Positions 22,906 through 35,039 are shown, counted from the stretch's first letter. The stretch: DNA of 64,000 nucleotides from Carpediemonas membranifera BICM (GCA_019828565.1 JAHDYR010000012.1:1421780-1485779), one strand, 5' to 3'. The notes: generated by a model from the sequence alone, not told the origin. Numbers and translations: made by a program.

Positions 22906-23931
22906 TTAAGTGTCTTCCAGTGCCGCTCTGTGCGCAACTGTCATCTCAGTAATGTAGCGCGAGGCCATAACATCCGCCGGAGATCTCTGCAGTGGTCTAT
23001 ATGCAAGTACCTCAGAAACAAGGTCGACCATCTCGGGAAGAGGGATTGGCGTGCGGAACTGAGTGGCTGTGAGGATCTCAATCGCGCCCGGGGTTATGGA
23101 CATTGATCCATTCGCGATAACCCGTCTCCCTGCTGTGCCAGGTGCGAGCCCATAGCCGGAGAAGTAACGCGAGACGAAGTGGAGCGGGTTGTCCATGCAT
23201 GTAGTGCGGTAGAGCCAAAAGCAGTCCTGCAGGACGAGTTCGTTGGCAAGCATTTTCTCCGGAGTGAGAATGATGCACGTATGCTCGTATGCCTGGGTCG
23301 AAATGGACTGCTTAAGCAGAGAGAACTCGCTATTGTCCGCTCCGGTACAGGTGGCGAAGTAGATGAGCCGAACCCGGCTGGTGGTGACGAGGGATGGCTC
23401 ACGGAAAGCGAAGAGGATCATCTGTACGATATCGTGAAGGTACAGGAACTCGTTAGCGCTCGCATTAACGATCATTCTCGACGTTGTGGTCTCGCTGTGG
23501 CCAGAAACAACCCAGAATGTCTCGAAATTGGCGAATTCTGCAGCCAACTGTTGCAGTATGGAGCCGAGGTGGGTCGTCGAGACGAAACTGACGGCAACCG
23601 TGGTGAGCCACTCGTCGCTGACGAGATCGAGGATGGCCTTCATGCGCTTGTGGTACCCCTCGGAGCCAGCAAGCCCGGTGACAGTGAAGACCGGGTTCGC
23701 ACAAGTAGGTGCTTCGAAGCCATGGACTGGCTCGAGCAGGATAACGATGCGGCGGTTCACAAGCTTGCTCAGGGTGAAGGGGCAGTCATGCGTGTACCTG
23801 ATTCCGTCATATTCCTTCAGGCCCTGGTTGCGAAGGTCAGAACGCGGCCTAGTGATTCCACAGACGCATTCATACGTGAGAGGATGGTCGCTGATGCGTC
23901 TGGTACCGAATTTGCCAAATTTCCTCTCCAT
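22906..23931 (-). CDS. caspase/CHAT-like (clan CD) cysteine peptidase (cassette 1)
   Basis: FWVVSGH...RLIYFATC His-Cys dyad, each after a hydrophobic strand; conserved in paralog 37166-38217. Confidence 0.65.
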   Translation of the reverse strand: MERKFGKFGTRRISDHPLTYECVCGITRPRSDLRNQGLKEYDGIRYTHDCPFTLSKLVNRRIVILLEPVHGFEAPTCANPVFTVTGLAGSEGYHKRMKAILDLVSDEWLTTVAVSFVSTTHLGSILQQLAAEFANFETFWVVSGHSETTTSRMIVNASANEFLYLHDIVQMILFAFREPSLVTTSRVRLIYFATCTGADNSEFSLLKQSISTQAYEHTCIILTPEKMLANELVLQDCFWLYRTTCMDNPLHFVSRYFSGYGLAPGTAGRRVIANGSMSITPGAIEILTATQFRTPIPLPEMVDLVSEVLAYRPLQRSPADVMASRYITEMTVAHRAALEDT

Positions 23932-24117
23932 TTGGCAACTACCACTTTTTTTTTCCAACACTGGTAGTTGGCCGAACCAGCTATAGGGAAGGATATGGAC
24001 CACAATAAGCAAGCATTCTGGTGTTACAGATAAGATATTGTATGTGTGTCCTTTACGGTGTGAGACGGCCCCATCAATCCCGAGAAATACCGCGTGTCCG
24101 TTTGCAAAAAAAATCAG

Positions 24118-24927
24118 ATGGCGAGAAGAAAGGCGCTCCCACCAAAGCCGCAGCCTGGGGGTATCAGAATACCCATTACGTCCACTGCGGGCAAGACGCC
24201 GCCGTCTGCGCCTTCAAATGATTCTCAGGAGGATTCCTCAAGCGAAGATTCCATCATTGAATCCGTTGTGCATACTCAGGCACTGCATCCGGATCTGGTC
24301 GCCGCGATCTACCCAAACACTCCCGAGGAGTCGATCAGGGAGCTTAAGGAGGCCGAGAAGGACCTTCCTCCCCTCGAACCCCCGAGTTGGTTATCCACCC
24401 GGCTGACCCACCCCTCCATTGCCGTTGAGGTGCAGCCTTGTCTGGCTCCCCGACCACACGGACGTGGGTAGAGGCCTCATTGCAACTGCCGCAATTGAGC
24501 CCGGAAAGCTCCTCGGCATTTACGCCGGTAGGATTGTGTCCGACGAGGACTACCACGCGAATAACAGCAACATGGTGTTTGTTCATTGTTCATTATGCCT
24601 TTACACAGCATTTCATTCGACGCTAGCAACCTTCACGTCGACGCCGGCGAAGGTGAAGGCATTGGTGTACACCTCATCAACCACAGTGAGAGTGACACCA
24701 ACTGCCAGTTCACCAACCGTTTGCTCAAGGACCTTCCAGTCCTTGCGGTTGAGTCGACGAACGTCATTCAGGCCGAAGAGTTTCTTCGTATCAGTTACGG
24801 CGAGATCTTCTTTGATGCGGGTGAGGTCTTAACCATTGCTAGGTTCCCGAGTCTGCCCATTTCTCATCCGAACTATCTCACAAGGTTCCTGGAGCAGTAT
24901 CCGGCACTCAAGAAGCGGAAGAAATGA
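24118..24927 (+). CDS. SET-domain methyltransferase (cassette 1); intron 24577-24608, frameshift near 24450
   Basis: VGRGL...GIYAG, GVHLINHS, EEFLRISYG; splicing the 32-nt intron joins the frames (MVISF). Confidence 0.85.
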
Positions 24928-24953
24928 ATTAAAATGTCAAAACATCTCTTTTT

Positions 24954-27129
24954 TTACTCGGGAACTCCACGCTTAACGTCCTCGGCATCAACAACTCTCT
25001 TTTCGCGATCCTTATCGACTGCCTTGCGCTTGATATAAGTCGTATGAGCCTTTCTCTTACCACCCTTTGAACGTTTGCGGACAAATAGCGTCGCATGCTC
25101 ATCCTTGACGACCACAATAGCTTGCGCCGCAGCCACATCTTCATCAGATCCACGCCGGACCATGCCGGACTCATAAACTTCCGTCAAATGCATCCGCACA
25201 ATATACTTGTCATGGTACGTCAACATCTTGACCCAGATAACGACTACAGTCTTGCTCTTCAGAGCTGACCAGGCCATGACACCAAAGTTGCTGTACCAAT
25301 CAGTGGCATCGTCGAACATCAGGGTGGGCACGAACACGTTAGACGTCTCAAGCCTCAGCCTCTCGCCAGCATCGGAGAATCCCCAGGCGCGCACCTCCTC
25401 CCTCACTGCTGCCACTTCCTCTGCCGCAAACTTCTTGTCGAACTCGCCATTCTCAACCTTCTGCAGGCAGTAGCCGATGCACAATCCATCCGGGTTGACT
25501 GCAATCTTCCGCCAACTCTTACGATCTTTGAGAACTCGCTCGCCTACCTTGTCGTACTCCACGTCGATGTACTTCTGCCTATCAACGTCGCTCCGTAAGT
25601 ATATCTGCATAGGGGGAACATTGGCAGGCGTCGGAGAGTGCTGTTTGATGATAGCCTTCATCTCTGGCGACAGACCGAGGTCGAGGGGTGGGACCGTTAT
25701 GAACTTCTGGCCCCCGTACCTCATCATGGTGCTATTGATCCGAGTCCATAAGGCTCCAGTCACATTGTTCCTCTGGAACAGTACCATCAAGGCAGCGAGA
25801 GGAACGTAGCGGTCAAGCTCCACTGTTGCCTCCTCGGCGCGCCTGACAAGCTCAGCCCAGTTGTCCTCGAGTTCATCGGCGAGCGCTTCAAGCCCAGCCT
25901 CACTCGCGCGTGCCAACTCTGCTTGAGTAAACTGATGGATCGCCTGATCCTCGGCCTTCTGCTGACCTAACTCAGCTTCAAGTCTCTTCTGGGACTCCTC
26001 AGACTCTCTGTTAGCCTGTTCAAGCGCCTCCCTCGCCTCCCTCTCCTCAGCAAGCCGTTTTATCAAGGGCTCGTACTGCTCCAACAAGCGCACAGACTCA
26101 GGGACATCATCAAGGCCTGCAATGGTGTCGTCTAGCTGCTGAAGGAGAGAACCAACGGTGTCTGTGTCGTCCACATCGGACTCTACGTCGACGTCTTGAT
26201 CAGACTGTGGCAAAGGAACGCCGTCACCCTGCATGGCGGCCGGTTCAGAGTGGCCATCGGACTCGGACTCGTCAGTGTCGGAAAATTCATCGTGTGTCGT
26301 GGACTCTGCGTCGACAACCGGAAGCGGCTGAGGGGCAGCAACGACGGAAGAAGGCTTGGTGGCTGCTGCTGAGCGATCCTGGGCCCGGACTAACTCCTCT
26401 TGGACCTTCATCAGAGCAGCAGTCGATGAGGCGAGCTCCTTCTCAAGACGAGCGATCTTCCTCTTCAGAGGAGCTGACGGATCGAGCGAACCGATCTTAG
26501 CCAACTCCTCGGTCAGCTTCTCTGAGCCAGCGAAGGACAGCTTCTTGCTGAGCTGGGCGTGGGCGATAAACTGGCCAAATTGGCCTGCCGGAACACGAGA
26601 ATCGAGTTTCTTCGAGTCCTTGTGGCGCAACACAAGGTGGAATGCGCGGTAAATCTCAACCTGCTTCTCAACAGGGAGCGAGTCGACGCCGACTAGAGCC
26701 TTATGAACAGATTTGGCGGTGAAGTGGTCACAAAACTTCCGTCGGAATGCCTCAATTGTGTCGGGAGAGTCAAAGTCGACCTCGCAGAGGTAGTTGCGGT
26801 TAGTTGCGTCACATATCGCGCGTAGTTTGGCAACTCCATAGTCGTGAACGTGCTGGCTTAAAGTGCGCTTCAACGGGAACCCGAAAACAACGTTGATCGT
26901 ACGAATGCTGATCAGACGGACGCAAACGAAGAACAGAGGGTCATCAGAGACGATGCCGTGATCTTGCAGCCAGGTTATACGGCTCTTTGTGGACGAAAGG
27001 GCGTCGTATGCACGGAATGAATCATCTGTGTAAATAGGACCGTGAAAATGAAAGTGACATACCAGAATCGTCAGGAGCAAGCATTGTCTCCTTCAGTTTG
27101 CCGAGAGAGATGATTTCTTCGTTAACCAT
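24954..27129 (-). CDS. acidic coiled-coil protein with C-terminal OTU-like cysteine protease; intron 27026-27062
   Basis: VNPDGLC...W...AWS...EHATL pattern resembles OTU; intron GTATGT...TTTACACAG links the ATG at 27129. Confidence 0.7.
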
Positions 27130-27337
27130 TGTCAATTTGGTCCTCAGAAGACTTTCTCGAAAAATGAAATACGTTTTATCTCAATAAATATTGCCAGCTG
27201 TCATGTAAATACCTCCGAGCAGCCATAAAGACCCAATAGCTACCCCTTGGCCGATTTTCAGCTCATTCTGCACCTGCGCTGTTTTGGCCGTTTTTCGATG
27301 GGCATCTCCTCGCTCCATTTTCGATTTTGTCAATTTG

Positions 27338-27493
27338 GTCCTCAGAGGACACAGATTAAATTTTTCAGTGTCCTCTGAGGACAACATTGACAGGATTGTA
27401 GCTTATCCAGAACTTGGAGGTGGCCAGAAACTGAAATCGCTGAAAAGCTCAGAGACGTCGTTATATCATCTATAACGGCATCTCTGAGCTTTT
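27338..27493. repeat. two inverted repeats in the divergent intergenic region
   Basis: GTCCTCAGAGGACAC/GTGTCCTCTGAGGAC and AAAAGCTCAGAGA..GTTATA/TATAAC..TCTCTGAGCTTTT; duplicated near 41093-41248. Confidence 0.8.
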
Positions 27494-27818
27494 GGGCGCA
27501 CGGTTTCATCCTGACGTGGAGATCGATGGTGGTGAAAATGAAGAATTGACTAGGAGAGCTCTACGCTTGCATGCAGCCTTCTATTAGGTTGTTGATGTTG
27601 GTTATATGCTTCTTTTTCGTTCTCGATGCGTGTGGATGAGTATTCTGTTGCAAGATTCATTTTGATGGACTGATGTTGGTTATAGAGGATAAAGGCATCA
27701 GAATGGATCATATGCATGCTATAAACCCGTTCTGTGCCGTTGGAATACCATAGCTGCGCAGCAATGTCGAGAGTCACAGTTCATTTCACATTTTCACACG
27801 CATTTTAAGGAAACAACG

Positions 27819-28580
27819 ATGGCAAGAAGTAAACAAGGCAATATACAGGCCACTGAAGCTCAAAAGGAGAGGAGAATGGCTCTTGGCAAGAAAGCGCAGC
27901 AAAAGAGCCAGAGCAAGTCCAACAAGTCCACGAAAACAGCCCGAAAAGCTCACAAGACGCCCATCGAGATCGTTCAGACCTTTATCAGCAATTTCCTCCT
28001 TAATAATGACGATATTACCCGCGCAAACGGATGGGTTGTCGACTTCAGCCAGAAGTTTGCCGCCGAGGTCCCTAAGATGAAAGTAGCCTCCTTGAAGAAG
28101 GACAAGCTCTACGGCAATCTCCAGTCGGTCGAAGAGATCAGCCGCAAGTGGCAGGGAGGCGGTGATGAGGACAAGCGTCACCGCTTCAAGGCTCTCCTCA
28201 GTCTTGACGCCCAGACAGATGAGCTGGACACGGACGACCCACTCATCGCGACTGTCCGCGAGATGGATGATGCCTTTCACCGCATTCCCATCGCCTACCG
28301 GGCTAAGGTCCATGCCTTCGCTGCTTCATCGTGCGGTGTGACGGTCGATGACGTCAAGCTCGTCCTGAGCAAGCCTTGCCGTGACCGCGACGCGGATCTC
28401 ATCTTCGCCAGACCCACCAGAGTTCTGAAGAAGGAGGCTAAGACACTCAGTCAGCTCACTTCTGTCATTGCCAAGCGGAATGCGGAACGTGCTGAGGCAG
28501 AATCGCGTGATGTGCTGCGTCGCAAGGTATACCAAGCCATCATGAATTACTACTTAGAGTGTTCGGCACAGGAGCTATAA
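27819..28580 (+). CDS. basic N-terminal hypothetical protein with H3-tail-like start (cassette 1)
   Basis: 253 aa, MARSKQ...KTARK; paralog 41606-42361 shares DDPLxA, IFxRPT, RDxxRRKxY. Confidence 0.75.
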   Translation: MARSKQGNIQATEAQKERRMALGKKAQQKSQSKSNKSTKTARKAHKTPIEIVQTFISNFLLNNDDITRANGWVVDFSQKFAAEVPKMKVASLKKDKLYGNLQSVEEISRKWQGGGDEDKRHRFKALLSLDAQTDELDTDDPLIATVREMDDAFHRIPIAYRAKVHAFAASSCGVTVDDVKLVLSKPCRDRDADLIFARPTRVLKKEAKTLSQLTSVIAKRNAERAEAESRDVLRRKVYQAIMNYYLECSAQEL

Positions 28581-28641
28581 ATTCTTGTTTTATTTTCATT
28601 TCATTTACACTTCTTCGTCATCCTCAACGGAAATATTCCAT

Positions 28642-29531
28642 TCACTGTCCCAGAAGTTGGCTTTTCTTCTCCTTACGCATCTCGGTCCTCGTTTCCTTGA
28701 TCTCTTTGACCAGCGTGAAAGAACGAAGGTTGTAATGGCGGATAATCATCAACTTCTGCCTGATTCGGGTGACGTTAGGCCGTTTTGCCGCACGTTCACG
28801 GCGCACGGACACACGGGTGCGTTCCACGAACGAGTCAACACTCCTCTTGTCGGAAGCAGGCATCCCATGAGCGTGCTGATCAAGTCTATTACCATGGTTG
28901 GTCACGCGGATCAACGTAGAGCCTTGCATTATCATCCCACAGCACTCTGTCAGGCTCTTGCCGAGGTTGGTCCACTTGTTGGGACCCATCGTGCCCTCCA
29001 TCGTGACAATGGCAAGTGGGTTGCCCCCCGTGTCCACCAGCTGCTCGACCTGCGACGGGTCCGATGACTCCTTGAGGCCAAAGGACGCATACATGTCCTG
29101 GAGTCGCTTGTCGCACTGCAGTCGGACGAGTTCTTCGGCAGATGCTATGCTAAGAAGCACCCTCGCGAACCCAAGACCTCTGCAGGAGACGGCTGTCCGT
29201 AAGCCGATGACAAACCGCTCCTGGTGCAGTTGTCCGCTCAGGGTCTGCCCCTCCCTGTACGACTCGCGGAAGAGAAGGCATGCAGCCTTGATGTTGTCCA
29301 TCTCAACCCCACGAATTGCGATGAGACTGTGTTAACAAGAAGTGTAGTGGGTCTGACATACATGACGAATGAGTAGTTCAGACAGTCGAGGTTCGAAGTC
29401 GCCAGATCTCTGTTGAAGAAGGCCCTGACAGACGGCAAGAGCTCAGACTTGTCTGAAAGCTTGACATATTGAATATAGGCCTTGTGTTGCGATAAATTCA
29501 TCGTCAGCCATGTCGGAAGTGGCGTTTCCAT
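28642..29531 (-). CDS. GNAT-family acetyltransferase (cassette 1); intron 29327-29361
   Basis: Motif A LRTAVSCRGLGFARVLL and motif B-like MYASFGL; 35-nt GTATGT...ACAG intron joins two ORFs in frame. Confidence 0.8.
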
Positions 29532-29655
29532 TGTTTTTCACCAAACAAGTGACGTAATGTGAAAATTGTGAAACTACCAATGTTGAAAAAAAAAATTGGT
29601 AGTTGGGGGAAACACACCAAATGGGATGTACTGACCAATAAAACTCCTTTACTCA

Positions 29656-32191
29656 CTACTCAGCGCGTGCATGACCGCAAATGCAGCAAACAAGCTCCTC
29701 ACCCATGTCTGCCAACTCGCAAACCATCACCCCAGACTCTTCGTCCCATGCCAAAGCCGTATAATCGTTGACGTACTGCCACATCTCGTCAACGAGCTCC
29801 TGGAAGAGGCGCACCACCGCCGCCGTGGCATGGAATTGGTGCCTTGCCTCCATGTGGCTGCGAATGGCGAACCATGAGCGAGCTTGTCTGCAGCATTGGT
29901 GGACTCGGACACGACGAAGCCTGTTCAGCGGGGGGGACTGAGTAGTCCTGGCGACCGAACGAGCGAATACCCGTTAAGAACGTGCAGATGAGGGTGGTCT
30001 GCTCGGTCAAACACAGCTTCTCGATCATGGCCGACCTGTGCAACTCGGCTCGGACCTCCTGGTTCTTGATGAACTCTCTCTCAAAGAACTCCTCGAGGAG
30101 GTAAAAAAAGAGGAATGCGGAGATGATCGTGAAGAAGAGGCTGGGCAGTGAGCCTGCTGTTGACATAGAGTGTCTGGGCACATGGCTTCTCCGCCTTGTC
30201 TGCTTGCCCAGGAGGGAGCAACGCCAGCTTTGTCTGGTGTGCCTGCAGACTGAGCATGACGTGGAACAGGTGGCACATGGACGCGGCCAAGAAGTGGAAT
30301 GCGACTTTGCTGTCGGTGACAGGCTCGGTTGAGTAGTAAAGAGCCTGGAGATAGCCAATGAGTCGCACAATATCTTGGACGGACTCAGGAAGAGCCTCGT
30401 AATCCTCGTTCGTGGTGTTCGCCATGCGAACTCTGGCAGCAGACTGCTCGTTGCACCCGACAGTGCGGTCAATACTGCGGTTGGATGACATGCGCTGGAG
30501 CTTGCGCTTGTCTACGGCAGTTGCGTTCCGATCAGCGGGGAAGCTGGCGCATAGCCGTGCCACTTGCTCGAGCAGGCGGTGCGAGTTGTGCATGATCGGA
30601 GGACAAAAGACAACTCGCTCCGTGTGGATGACTCGGGGCTCTGGCCGGTTCTCGAAGATGGCCCTCTTGTCGGAGAAGTTGCCATACTCCTCTTTCGGGT
30701 CCTGCACACGGTCGGGGTCGGCCTGCACGGCGTGGAACGCTGCCTTCTGCTCGAGCAAATCATGCAAGGTGACCCGAGAGTGCGCCGGAATGGGGTGCAG
30801 CGCCTTGTGGTCTCGACGGATGCTGTTGAAGGGCTGGGGATAGTGCCCTCCATTACCCTCGATGCCGGATGACAGCTTCCTGATGGCCGCGTGATCGCCC
30901 ATGACGATGACTTGGTCGAAGGTGGTGACCTGGTCAGTTCCTCTGATCGGTATGAGGGCTTGATAGATCCGCTCGACTTCTTCCTCAACGAGTTGAAGGT
31001 TTCCCTCCTCCGTCAGCTCCTTCTCACCGGCAAGACACTCAACGAGTCGGAAGGGGGGAGTGATGCGGTTAGGGAACGTGAAGCCTGACGGGTCGTAGAT
31101 GCGGATCTTGAACGTTGCGGTATGTCCCTTCCATGCGTCGAGCCACAGGAGTAGTTTTAGTGGTTGGAACTCGACATGGCCTGGGTCCTGAAGGGCACGA
31201 GAGCAACGCTCGAAGTTCGTCTGGTCAGACTCGAGCCACTCCGGGTGAAGCACTGCCTGCTGCAGATAGTACACGCCATCGAACCACACCGTTTCCACCT
31301 TGTCCCAGGTCGAGCTGTTCAGTCGCTTGCCCAGATGGGCGATACCTACACTGCCTTTGAGGGACTGGTAGTGCTGGACAGCGTCGGATTCGCTGTCATA
31401 GTGGAGGGTGAGCGTCGGTCGCTCCCAAGTGTGGTCGGCGACGAGGTCGTGGTCGAAAAACGGAGTCGGCTCGGCTCCGTCGGCTACAGTCAAACGGTTC
31501 GTGAGCTCAAGTCGCGACTGCGTGCCGGACATGGTACGCCGCCATGTTGTATTGCCTGAGACCGACCTGCACGGCACGAGATGCTTGACGAAGGCGCGCT
31601 CCTCCTCAGTGAGGGCCTCTGAGACACCAGATATTCTGGTCATGTCAATGCCAAGGTCCTTAATGAGCACCTCCGCGGTCTTGTTCTTCGAGATCGGCTT
31701 TCCAAGCCGGCGGGAGATGTTGTTGATGAGCTTAAAGAGCTCTTGGGTCGAGTTGAAGCCATTGCGGACGTACATCAGGATCGATGTGAGCTCCATGATC
31801 TCAGAAAAATTGGCGGAGCGCTCCTCTGAGTCGTTGTAGTCCTGCACAGCACGCTCCTGGATGGCGTGGGTGCGGTAATCGTCCCGTACGAAGACAGGGT
31901 GAGGAGGGTGTTGATTTCCGTGTGCGGTTGCGGCACGTTGGAAGGGACGGGAGTCTGCTGGAGGGCGGAAGAACCTTGCGTCGTGAATGCGCTGGGAGAT
32001 CAGGTCCGCCTCCTCCATCTCGCGGACGAGCTGGCAGAATTGCTCGCGCTGAGGTCTTGTTCTGGCGGAGTTGAGGCCAATTCCGACCATGGCGAAGTAC
32101 AGCCAAGAAGGTAATTCATGCGCTCAACTGAGCGTGGCTGGTCATCATATATTGTACCGATGTGGCTCTCGAACACAATATGAGCAACCAT
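29656..32191 (-). CDS. putative DDE transposase, CMC/Transib-like (cassette 1), several frameshifts
   Basis: LWLDAWKG (D), VMGDHAAIRKL..G..GHYP (D), CPPIMHNSH, LLEEFFER (E); conserved in the second copy. Confidence 0.65.
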
Positions 32192-32462
32192 GATTTCTGT
32201 AGAGTTTAAAAAAACAAGATTTTTGTACAAAAACTAGGCAGGTACATGCGCAACGGTCTGTGAGATAAATCAGACAATTTGGCTGTTGCTATAGCTCTAT
32301 AAGAGCAGCTACAACTGCGCTGCCGGGGTTCCTTCTTCTTCTCTGGCCGTTTCAACACTATTTCACAATTTCACCAGTTTCACACAATTGGTGAAACAAT
32401 GTTCAGAACTCCTTCAGTTTATGAATTTACTCGATTGTATGTAAACATGTACATACCATTAT

Positions 32463-33390
32463 TCAGCCATTGCGGGGCGCCGAAGCGCCTCCACGCTGAC
32501 TCCGCTGGATGGCGGCGGTGGGAGGGGGTGGGGGGAGATGTGGAGGATTGATCACGGACGTGGCCAGATGGAGCAGGCGGTGTGCCTTGCGGAGCTCGAA
32601 TGACTTCTTCAGTAGCCAGCCCATCAGTGCGATCGCGAGAACCGACCGAGCTCGGCGGTCAGTAAAGCATTCTGCGCCGGTGATCGTGCAGATTTCCTGT
32701 CCGATTTCAACCAGACTCCTGGCGGCTGACTCGATGTGGCTGCCGGTTGGAGTGAGTGCGACGACGATGACGTCAACATTGTAGTCGGCGTACTGGTCCT
32801 TCTTCTTCTGGATGAATGAGTCCGAGTCAGACTTGCCGACTGTGACCTCAATCACTAGAGGACGGCCGTTTCGGAGCAGAGGCTCATTAATCAGGATATC
32901 TGCGCGTGCCTGCGTGATCTTACTTGCCTGATCAGCGATTGCTTGCGGAATAGGCCTGTTTGCTTTCTGCAGGCGTTCCATTTCGTCGTATGCAACCTTC
33001 GCTCGGTACTTCTCGTCCTTTAGGAGCCCATCATCAAGGGGTTCCTCATGAAGGACCTCTGTCGAGGTCGTGCTAAGCAGCTGTACGATTCCGTGTTTCA
33101 CCAAGTCGTGGCGGTGCAAAAGGTTCCTCTTCCGCTGAGGGAACCAGCGCTTCGCGCTACAGAGCATGGCATGGTCTTCCCACGTGCCTCTGGTTACACC
33201 TTTGCCGCAGAAGGGGCAGAAGAGTGCCGTGTTCCCGTCCTGGAGGCGCCGTGCCACTGGGCTGGGGAGCCCCGAGATCATGCCAACCCCGAGGACCGCC
33301 CTATAGGCTGCTATCACCGGTCGTGCTGTCGCGTACTGGTCGTCTACCGCCGTGTTGAGGCAGGCCTCCAGCAGTTCGCCGTACGGAATC
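32463..33390 (-). pseudogene. 5'-truncated RLE-type non-LTR retrotransposon fragment
   Basis: CPFC...HAMLC, RHDLV, RADIL...LVIEVTV; homologous to 18730-19568. Confidence 0.75.
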
Positions 33391-33731
33391 CGGAAAAAAA
33401 ATGGTGAAAACATTAGATTCGGTAAAATCTTTTCACCATTTTCACAAGGCGCAAGAACACGAAAGAGATGGCACTGAACACCCCTGGATGTACAGGACAT
33501 CACTATACATGCTTTCCATGCATCTGTGAGCTTCTGCATTTTTCACACATTTTCACGAAATGCTTCTCTGCACTGAGACTACTGTTCGCCAAGAGAATCA
33601 CTGAGGTTGTCGATAAATGCTATCCATAAGCTACTCCTGTCTTTATTTCCGCTGCTGCTTCCCTCGTAGCGACGCACAGGTAGCTGTCGCAAAATGCACT
33701 TTAAGACCGTATTTCGCACAGCTACCTGTGC

Positions 33732-35039
33732 ATGGTGTTCGAGCTCGATAGTGAGAAGCTGGAGCAACAGACTTCCTCACGTGGTAATAGTAGACGGTAT
33801 CTGCACGAGTTTGGAGCTGACAAGCTGAAGGTCGTGATCAAGATTGATGAGCACTACGATATGGAGGTCCCCACCCTGCTAGCGCTCAAGGACAGTCCGC
33901 ATGTCCTCCCCGTCGTCGATACAGGCTTTGTAGACCATGTCCCAGCCTTCATGACTCCTCATGTCGACCAAATCTTCTTCGTCGACCTCTGTAAGGCTGA
34001 GCCCAGCCTTCAGTTCCGCTACGTTTCGCATCTACTGCAGTCTGTATGCTTCATGCATGACCACGGAGTTGCTCATTGCGATATTAAGCCCGACAACTTT
34101 CTTTTTAGCACAGACCAGAAGGGATACCTCATTGACTTTGGTTCTGCTATGACGAAGCCGGCTTGTAGCGACGAGAACTGGGTCATACAACTGAAATCAG
34201 CATCCGAATATCGCGGCACGCATGGGTATTTACCCCCAGAGATGTTCAAAGAGTGTCTCGCTGCGCGTTCGGTCATTCCGGAAGTTCAAAGAGCGCCATA
34301 CGAGACCTCCAAGCTCACGCGAATGACTGCATTGGCTCTTCCCGCCTGTTCTTATGTCGTCACACCTGCCTCCGACATTTACTCGTGCGGTGTAGTCATT
34401 TTGATGCTCTTTTACGGTCTCCCCAAGTCCCCCTTTGCCGCGAAGGTGACTGACATGGGTGCAAACATGGCGCAGATCGACAACAGGAAGAAGAAGAAGA
34501 TGCTGAAGCTTGGTAGCTTGCTGAACTGGTGCCACTTCTATGGTGGGCAGTTGCAGTTGTCACGTAAGACACTCGAACCGCTCAGAGATTGTCTCAACTT
34601 CGTGAACGTGAACTCTGCACTACCGATTCGAGGCACAACGCCACCCACTTGCCTCGGAATGTACGACCTGGCAATGCAGATGCTCCACTTCGACCCAACG
34701 AAGCGTCCCACTGCTGCCGAATGTCTTGAAAAGCTCAAGGTCATCATGCGCGTGCATGAATGCGTCGCCAAGACCAGTCCGCTCCTCTTGGATGATACTG
34801 AACAGGTCTTACTCTCTGTAGATCAGCGAAAGAGAATGGTCGACTGCTGCCAACGGGGGTTTGAGGGTCAAGTCTTCCATCGGCGCTGTATAGTGTGTGG
34901 CAGAGACCTTTATGGACGCGAGAACGTGACTTGTGAGAAATGTCACAAGGGATACAGGCAGGTGAGAACCAGTAAGCGCACGAAAGGTGTAAGCGGAAGA
35001 CTCCACAGGCAGTTTATTGCGATGATTGATCGGAAGTAA
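33732..35039 (+). CDS. Ser/Thr protein kinase with C-terminal CxxC pairs
   Basis: VVIK, HCDIKPDN, DFG, GTHGYLPPE, SDIYSCG, RPTA. Confidence 0.92.
   Translation: MVFELDSEKLEQQTSSRGNSRRYLHEFGADKLKVVIKIDEHYDMEVPTLLALKDSPHVLPVVDTGFVDHVPAFMTPHVDQIFFVDLCKAEPSLQFRYVSHLLQSVCFMHDHGVAHCDIKPDNFLFSTDQKGYLIDFGSAMTKPACSDENWVIQLKSASEYRGTHGYLPPEMFKECLAARSVIPEVQRAPYETSKLTRMTALALPACSYVVTPASDIYSCGVVILMLFYGLPKSPFAAKVTDMGANMAQIDNRKKKKMLKLGSLLNWCHFYGGQLQLSRKTLEPLRDCLNFVNVNSALPIRGTTPPTCLGMYDLAMQMLHFDPTKRPTAAECLEKLKVIMRVHECVAKTSPLLLDDTEQVLLSVDQRKRMVDCCQRGFEGQVFHRRCIVCGRDLYGRENVTCEKCHKGYRQVRTSKRTKGVSGRLHRQFIAMIDRK

Noticed and set aside
29900-30200. Programmed frameshifting in the transposase and other genes
   Set aside because: Shifts often fall at homopolymers and are not shared between paralogs; sequencing error or decay is more likely
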